Under the pieces are notes generated by a model. The model was not told the DNA's origin. It ran no database searches and saw only the letters and a program-made list of their open reading frames with translations. Below are positions 15,795 through 20,000 of a stretch of DNA of 20,000 bases, one piece after another (position 1 is the first letter of the stretch; each line of letters begins with the position of its first letter). The stretch lies in the IMG/VR virus record IMGVR_UViG_3300023237_000001; one strand, given 5' to 3'. A program made the position numbers and the translations under genes. This DNA is from an uncultured virus (IMG/VR IMGVR_UViG_3300023237_000001). Lineage: Duplodnaviria; Heunggongvirae; Uroviricota; Caudoviricetes.

Positions 15795-16049
15795 TTAATA
15801 AGGGGGTTCTGCTATATATTGGGGGGAATTCTTTTGTAATACAGCTAAGGCATTATCTAAATGAGTATACCGTTGTAGGTGAGCAGCTATAATAGGAATA
15901 TAGATCTGAATATCAACAGCTTTAATGGGAATAACTATATCCATAAACCCATTAAAAAAACGGAATTTATAGATATAGTTATTGTAATAAAATACAGGAT
16001 CATGTAGAGCTATATTTATTAGTTGATCCTGCATAAAGGTATGATACAT
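15795..16049 (-). CDS. Hypothetical protein
   Basis: 84 aa, with a TAATG overlap with the upstream ORF. Confidence 0.6.
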   Translation of the reverse strand: MYHTFMQDQLINIALHDPVFYYNNYIYKFRFFNGFMDIVIPIKAVDIQIYIPIIAAHLQRYTHLDNALAVLQKNSPQYIAEPPY

Positions 16050-16645
16050 TAAATTCCCAGAATAGGTAGTAATGCACCAAGATCCATTACCGTAACATTA
16101 CCATCATTATCCATATCAAATAATAACTTAGTTTCGGTTAATACATTTTTCGTTAATGATTGATTGTTAACCGGTATAGTAACATCAGTACCTTCTTCAA
16201 ATAAATCTACCGGTAAATAAAGGGTTGGTACTTCTTCAATATTGGTATGCCAGTTATATTGAATATAACACCAGCTGGAATATCTATATACGATTCCCAG
16301 ATTATGGTTATATAAAAACGAATCCATCCATATCCTTTCATCTGAAAATCCAGGATCCATATCACCCAATGTGGGGTTAAGTTGTTGAGACATAAGCTCA
16401 CCATTTAAAAAATTAAATTGAGTCATATCCGCCATACCTGATATATCTTGTATCCAAGAAGTAGTTCTAACTCCCATACCAAATTTTTGGGTTTTATTGC
16501 TAAAATCTTGATTATGATTATTCATGGTAAATACGGTAATATCATTTAGATTAGTAAGCTTTTTACCGAATTGTTTTTGTAGGGCTTCTAAAATAGCTGG
16601 ATTATTTTTAATCAGGTATTCTTCTATAAAATGATCTGTTGTCAT
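16049..16645 (-). CDS. Hypothetical protein with a C-terminal dockerin/EF-hand-like Ca-binding loop
   Basis: 198 aa ending in FDMDNDGNVTVMDLGALL (DxDxDGxVxxxDL). Confidence 0.65.
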   Translation of the reverse strand: MTTDHFIEEYLIKNNPAILEALQKQFGKKLTNLNDITVFTMNNHNQDFSNKTQKFGMGVRTTSWIQDISGMADMTQFNFLNGELMSQQLNPTLGDMDPGFSDERIWMDSFLYNHNLGIVYRYSSWCYIQYNWHTNIEEVPTLYLPVDLFEEGTDVTIPVNNQSLTKNVLTETKLLFDMDNDGNVTVMDLGALLPILGI

Positions 16646-16648
16646 GGT

Positions 16649-16813
16649 TTATTTATTATTAAGGTTATATTCTTTATATTCTTTAACCCACTCTGGGTTT
16701 ATTTGATATGTGGATATTGCATATATACATATAGCTCTCCTGAGGTTAATATACCGTAATTCGTCATGTAAAAGCTTAGGCATGATCCCTAAAGGTGGTT
16801 TTTTTACCGCCAT
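16649..16813 (-). CDS. Small phage protein (54 aa), below the ORF-track cutoff
   Basis: Hand translation MAVKKPPLGIMPKLLHDELRYINLRRAICIYAISTYQINPEWVKEYKEYNLNNK*. It fills the gap between neighbours on the same strand. The KPPLG.MP...EW..EY pattern is one I recall from other phage hypotheticals. Confidence 0.7.
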   Translation of the reverse strand: MAVKKPPLGIMPKLLHDELRYINLRRAICIYAISTYQINPEWVKEYKEYNLNNK

Positions 16814-17259
16814 GGGAAAGCAAATAGGTGTTGGACTATATTTCCGTTGTGAAAATCCCTATATACCTCTATTAATGGTAATCGCTTATTGTTCGATAAA
16901 TCCTCGATATCCATGTGTAAAGCTTCGCCTTGTTGTATTTTTTCGATGAATACCAGTAGTTTAGGTAAGTTTTCAAATACAAGTAAGTGTGGATTAGCAG
17001 TAAGGGTTGGATAGGATATTTCTGGAGATGTTAGGTGAACCTTATATAAATAATGGCCCTCGGGTTTTGAAACTATAAATTTAGATAATGTATCATCATC
17101 CCCAAGTATGGCAGTTCTTATATTACGTAAAAGTAAATCTGAATAGTCTTTTAATATAATACACAAATCATGGTCATCACCATTAGCCAGGGTTATAATA
17201 AGTTTTTTATGGTCTTTGGGTATTAACCCCAATTCTTTTAAATAGTTTTCAGGTGTCAT
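16804..17259 (-). CDS. Hypothetical protein
   Basis: 151 aa, with an ATGA overlap with the upstream ORF. Confidence 0.65.
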   Translation of the reverse strand: MTPENYLKELGLIPKDHKKLIITLANGDDHDLCIILKDYSDLLLRNIRTAILGDDDTLSKFIVSKPEGHYLYKVHLTSPEISYPTLTANPHLLVFENLPKLLVFIEKIQQGEALHMDIEDLSNNKRLPLIEVYRDFHNGNIVQHLFAFPWR

Positions 17260-17459
17260 TTGTTTAAGGATTTGTATTTTGCTATAATAAATAATATATA
17301 AATAAGGATTAGTACAACCGATATGTATCTACCTATTTCATTACCTTCTCCAATAAATCCATAGGTTATCATTACCACATAAAATAAGGTTAATAATAAT
17401 GTGGTTATCCAGTTGTTGCCTTTAATAAAAGCCTTGTGTAATTTTTCTTTTGTTATCAT
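17256..17459 (-). CDS. Small membrane protein (2 TM)
   Basis: Hydrophobic WITTLLLTLFYVVMITYGFI and YISVVLILIYILFII segments. ATGA overlaps. Confidence 0.65.
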   Translation of the reverse strand: MITKEKLHKAFIKGNNWITTLLLTLFYVVMITYGFIGEGNEIGRYISVVLILIYILFIIAKYKSLNK

Positions 17460-17875
17460 GATAAGATTAATATAATGGTTGATAATGTAAAGTAGAACGC
17501 CCGTATTTGAAAATATAGTCTTTCTCCAATTCTTTTTTTAACCCAACCATCAGATCCATTGTTACTAAGGTAGGTCATACCTTTACCCCGAATATGATTT
17601 AAATAGGTTGAGAATATAAACCCTCTTGCGGATATTAAAACGTTGAGGTAGAATATACAACGCCATTTAATTAATGGGTTATGGTATAATAAAGATATTA
17701 TTAAAAGGTATAACAAACCCCAAATCATAAAAGAATATAAGTGCCATCGATTGTTATAATGTTGGTGTATTCTTTTATCATTACCTTCGCAATTCTTTAT
17801 AACATAATAATCATGCTTAGCCTCCATAACATTAATTATGGTTATGGCCATTAGAAATAGAAATTTTAATATCAT
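17456..17875 (-). CDS. Multi-pass membrane protein
   Basis: 139 aa with several hydrophobic segments and an NNRWH motif. ATGA overlaps. Confidence 0.65.
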   Translation of the reverse strand: MILKFLFLMAITIINVMEAKHDYYVIKNCEGNDKRIHQHYNNRWHLYSFMIWGLLYLLIISLLYHNPLIKWRCIFYLNVLISARGFIFSTYLNHIRGKGMTYLSNNGSDGWVKKRIGERLYFQIRAFYFTLSTIILILS

Positions 17876-18087
17876 GGCTTTAGTTCTAAAATAAAACCCG
17901 TTGTGGTTAAATATCGTTTACCCTCAAAAGTAAGAATATAGATTTGATGGGAATTTGATACCCTTATCATTTCTAATGGTTCTTCACTAAGCCTTACGGG
18001 TGGTTTAGCTTTAACTTTTATTATTAGTAACCAACCTACCGCTATACATAACAATAGGCATATACCCAAAAAAATCTTATTATTCAT
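17872..18087 (-). CDS. Small protein with an N-terminal membrane anchor / signal
   Basis: IFLGICLLLCIAVGWLLII followed by a short beta-rich domain (YILTFEGKRYL). Confidence 0.6.
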   Translation of the reverse strand: MNNKIFLGICLLLCIAVGWLLIIKVKAKPPVRLSEEPLEMIRVSNSHQIYILTFEGKRYLTTTGFILELKP

Positions 18088-18103
18088 GTGGTTTAATTTA
18101 TTA

Positions 18104-18286
18104 TTAATAGTATTTCCTAGAATCCTTATTTTCGTTTAATCTCTTAATAAAGGCATACCAAAGCAAAGGAATACCTATCAAACCTAGTCTAACAAACCAA
18201 TTAAGTATTATGTATATTAGGAATATTACAGTAATATATACTAGATATAGTAAGGTTGTTCCCAGAATAGCCTGTATATCAATCAT
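18104..18286 (-). CDS. Small hydrophobic membrane protein
   Basis: 60 aa, almost entirely hydrophobic. ATGA overlap with the upstream ORF. Confidence 0.55.
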   Translation of the reverse strand: MIDIQAILGTTLLYLVYITVIFLIYIILNWFVRLGLIGIPLLWYAFIKRLNENKDSRKYY

Positions 18287-18513
18287 GGAGTATACATTTT
18301 AGTTATAACATAATTTTCCCGGGCCATATCTTTTTTAAGCAAAGAATACTCAGCCTTGGTTATGTCCAGCATATATTTTTTGTTCTGGGTTTTTAAATAA
18401 TTATTAGGTGATGAGTTTAGAAATTCGGGTGTGCGGGTATACCTGTAAATAAGGTTCATTGCCCTTGTATGATGGGGATGCCCAAAGGGTATGGTGACGG
18501 AAACTTTAATCAT
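18283..18513 (-). CDS. Hypothetical protein
   Basis: 76 aa in a tightly packed, overlapping minus-strand run. Confidence 0.6.
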   Translation of the reverse strand: MIKVSVTIPFGHPHHTRAMNLIYRYTRTPEFLNSSPNNYLKTQNKKYMLDITKAEYSLLKKDMARENYVITKMYTP

Positions 18514-18748
18514 TAATTATGGATTTAAATGCTTTTAATCCTTTCTTCGAAACTTTATAACCCATACATCGAATTGTATAATTGGGCGCTGGGTATATTA
18601 GATTATGATGTCTAAATTCTATAAGCTGGGTTTTATATTTAGACCTGAATTCATCATTTTCTGATGTCACCCTATAAGCGTTACCCATCTTATTAAGTTC
18701 TTCAATGAGTTCCTTTTCCTCATCGGTAAAATGGTAGGTTACTGTCAT
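18506..18748 (-). CDS. Hypothetical protein (possible winged-helix-like C-terminus)
   Basis: 80 aa. The C-terminal LIY...GYKVSKKGLKAF resembles the wing/final helix pattern Y.lT.kG of wHTH proteins, which is weak evidence. Confidence 0.55.
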   Translation of the reverse strand: MTVTYHFTDEEKELIEELNKMGNAYRVTSENDEFRSKYKTQLIEFRHHNLIYPAPNYTIRCMGYKVSKKGLKAFKSIIND

Positions 18749-19011
18749 AGTTTTATCTTATTTGGATCCCAGGTTACTATATTGGCATACTGGCCTTTGA
18801 ATTGATCGGTGGTTGATAAGATTGCGGTGTAACCCAGTTCGTATAGTTTACTTCGGATATTATCACTCATATTACCATAATATTTTAAACTACCCTCACC
18901 TCGGTTCATATGGAATTCTATTATCTTCATCATATATTGCAGGGGCCCTGATAAAGTCCACTTATCAGATACCTGTTTTGCTTCTTCAGCTGTGTAAATT
19001 CTTTGAGTCAT
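18745..19011 (-). CDS. Hypothetical phage protein
   Basis: 88 aa with a TAEEAK...L.ELGY...I.W pattern seen in small phage hypotheticals. ATGA overlap. Confidence 0.65.
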   Translation of the reverse strand: MTQRIYTAEEAKQVSDKWTLSGPLQYMMKIIEFHMNRGEGSLKYYGNMSDNIRSKLYELGYTAILSTTDQFKGQYANIVTWDPNKIKL

Positions 19012-19028
19012 GTTTATATAAATTCAGG

Positions 19029-19232
19029 TTAGTCGTTTTTATAATATAATTTTATTTCTAGGATTGCCACGTAAAATGGATGTTGTGATGTTGAGGTTGA
19101 TGATCTTTGTCTGTTATGTATTTGACCATTGGGTTGTATAGAAACCACTTTTACGGAATTACCTCCACCCTCTAATCCGGCTATCTGTTCGTTTAAATCA
19201 TCCTTAGTACCTTCTGCTATAAGTGTTTTCAT
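19029..19232 (-). CDS. Hypothetical protein
   Basis: 67 aa, with an ATGA overlap with the upstream ORF. Confidence 0.6.
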   Translation of the reverse strand: MKTLIAEGTKDDLNEQIAGLEGGGNSVKVVSIQPNGQIHNRQRSSTSTSQHPFYVAILEIKLYYKND

Positions 19233-19549
19233 TGGTAAGGTTGTTGGATTAGATCTTGGAATGGTGTAAAATAATTAAAGGTAAAAGGATAGGTATACCT
19301 AATGGTTCTATGTTTAGTATAGGTAAGGTATGTCTGAATAACGTTCAGATCCATCTTGGATTCAAAATCCCTAAGGGCTTGGTTTGAAGTATTGGATTTC
19401 TGTATATCACCATCACCATCATCCCAACAATGATCCGAACTCTGTTGATGTACCAGTTTAATCCAAGCCATAATGGTTTCGTTGTATAAGGCTGAGAAAT
19501 CATTAAAGGCTTCTTCTCCTATTTCCTTTATTATCGTTTCCTTTTCCAT
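19229..19549 (-). CDS. Hypothetical protein, first gene of the leftward small-gene run
   Basis: 106 aa, preceded by TACTATTATAATAT and a long non-coding region. Confidence 0.65.
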   Translation of the reverse strand: MEKETIIKEIGEEAFNDFSALYNETIMAWIKLVHQQSSDHCWDDGDGDIQKSNTSNQALRDFESKMDLNVIQTYLTYTKHRTIRYTYPFTFNYFTPFQDLIQQPYQ

Positions 19550-19735
19550 ATATTATAATAGTACTTTTCCTAGAATCCTGTTAATCCTTAATCCGAAATA
19601 CTATGTAAAACTAAATATTCCAAAAATTTTTTTATTGGCCTGAAGATCCTGATAAGGATCTGAAAGGGGGTATGAGCTCAGGGGGTGAAAGGTATGTAGG
19701 ACAGGGAAGTAGGTATATAAAGGGCCTTATGGGAA

Positions 19736-19813
19736 TAGGCTGTAGGCTGTAGGATGTGGGATGTAGGTAATCAGGAATAAGGTTGTAGGTAATCAGGAAT
19801 AAGGTTGTAGGTA
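19736..19813 (+). repeat. Tandem repeats: degenerate 7-mer TGTAGGN array followed by a perfect 22-bp direct repeat (about 2.4 copies)
   Basis: taggc-tgtaggc-tgtagga-tgtggga (19736-19761), then TGTAGGTAATCAGGAATAAGGT at 19762-19783 and 19784-19805, then TGTAGGTA at 19806-19813. Confidence 0.9.
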
Positions 19814-19881
19814 GGATTTACAAAGCTGCAGGTACAAAAGTTGTGGTAGTGGATTAGGGGGCTGGTTGCCTATAATATGCA

Positions 19882-19911
19882 AAATTAACCCTTTTTTATG
19901 GGGGTTAATTT
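19882..19911. other. 10-bp inverted repeat / hairpin in the non-coding region
   Basis: AAATTAACCC (19882-19891) / GGGTTAATTT (19902-19911). Confidence 0.7.
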
Positions 19912-20000
19912 GTTAGTAACTTTTATTTATTTCTTGGGATAAAATAAATCTTTTAAAATTGCTTTACCTAATGATAAAATTATATAGGATAAGAAAAGAA

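Noticed and set aside
19762..19813. 22-bp direct repeats as a CRISPR array
   Set aside because: The copies are directly adjacent with no spacers, and no cas genes are present.
19880..19887. Minus-strand TAATTTTG as a Bacteroidota -7 promoter for the small-gene run
   Set aside because: It is about 330 nt from the first ATG, has no -33 element, and such a match is expected by chance in AT-rich DNA.
1..20000. Stop-codon reassignment, tRNA genes, introns/inteins, integrase or transposase
   Set aside because: Genes are full length and tightly packed under the standard code. TerL, portal and MCP have normal sizes. No cloverleaf or recombinase motif was seen by eye.

Overview
AT-rich segment of a tailed dsDNA phage with a contractile tail. 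A Bacteroidota host is inferred from A-rich leaders without Shine-Dalgarno motifs and one TAnnTTTG element. Positions 1-13055 are a contiguous minus-strand module. In transcription order it reads: divergent C5-cytosine DNA methyltransferase-like gene, Amidase_2 endolysin, a 214-bp hairpin-rich spacer, a membrane-anchored spanin-like protein, terminase large subunit, portal, prohead protease/scaffold, capsid cement, major capsid protein, an acidic protein, a PKD-fused head-tail adaptor, head closure, neck/tail completion, tail terminator and tail sheath. The sheath gene runs off the left edge and is missing from the ORF track. Positions 13083-14367 are a short plus-strand island that includes two membrane proteins. 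Positions 14521-19549 are a minus-strand run of small genes plus a thymidylate-synthase-fold enzyme. Positions 19550-20000 are non-coding, with repeats and a strand-skew switch. The most notable signal is a possible non-standard cytosine-modification system. The MTase-like protein has Lys where motif X normally has Asn, the substitution that turns engineered C5-MTases into carboxymethyltransferases. The TS homologue has Asp at the position that selects dCMP over dUMP. All assignments come from motif recognition by eye and synteny; no searches were run.
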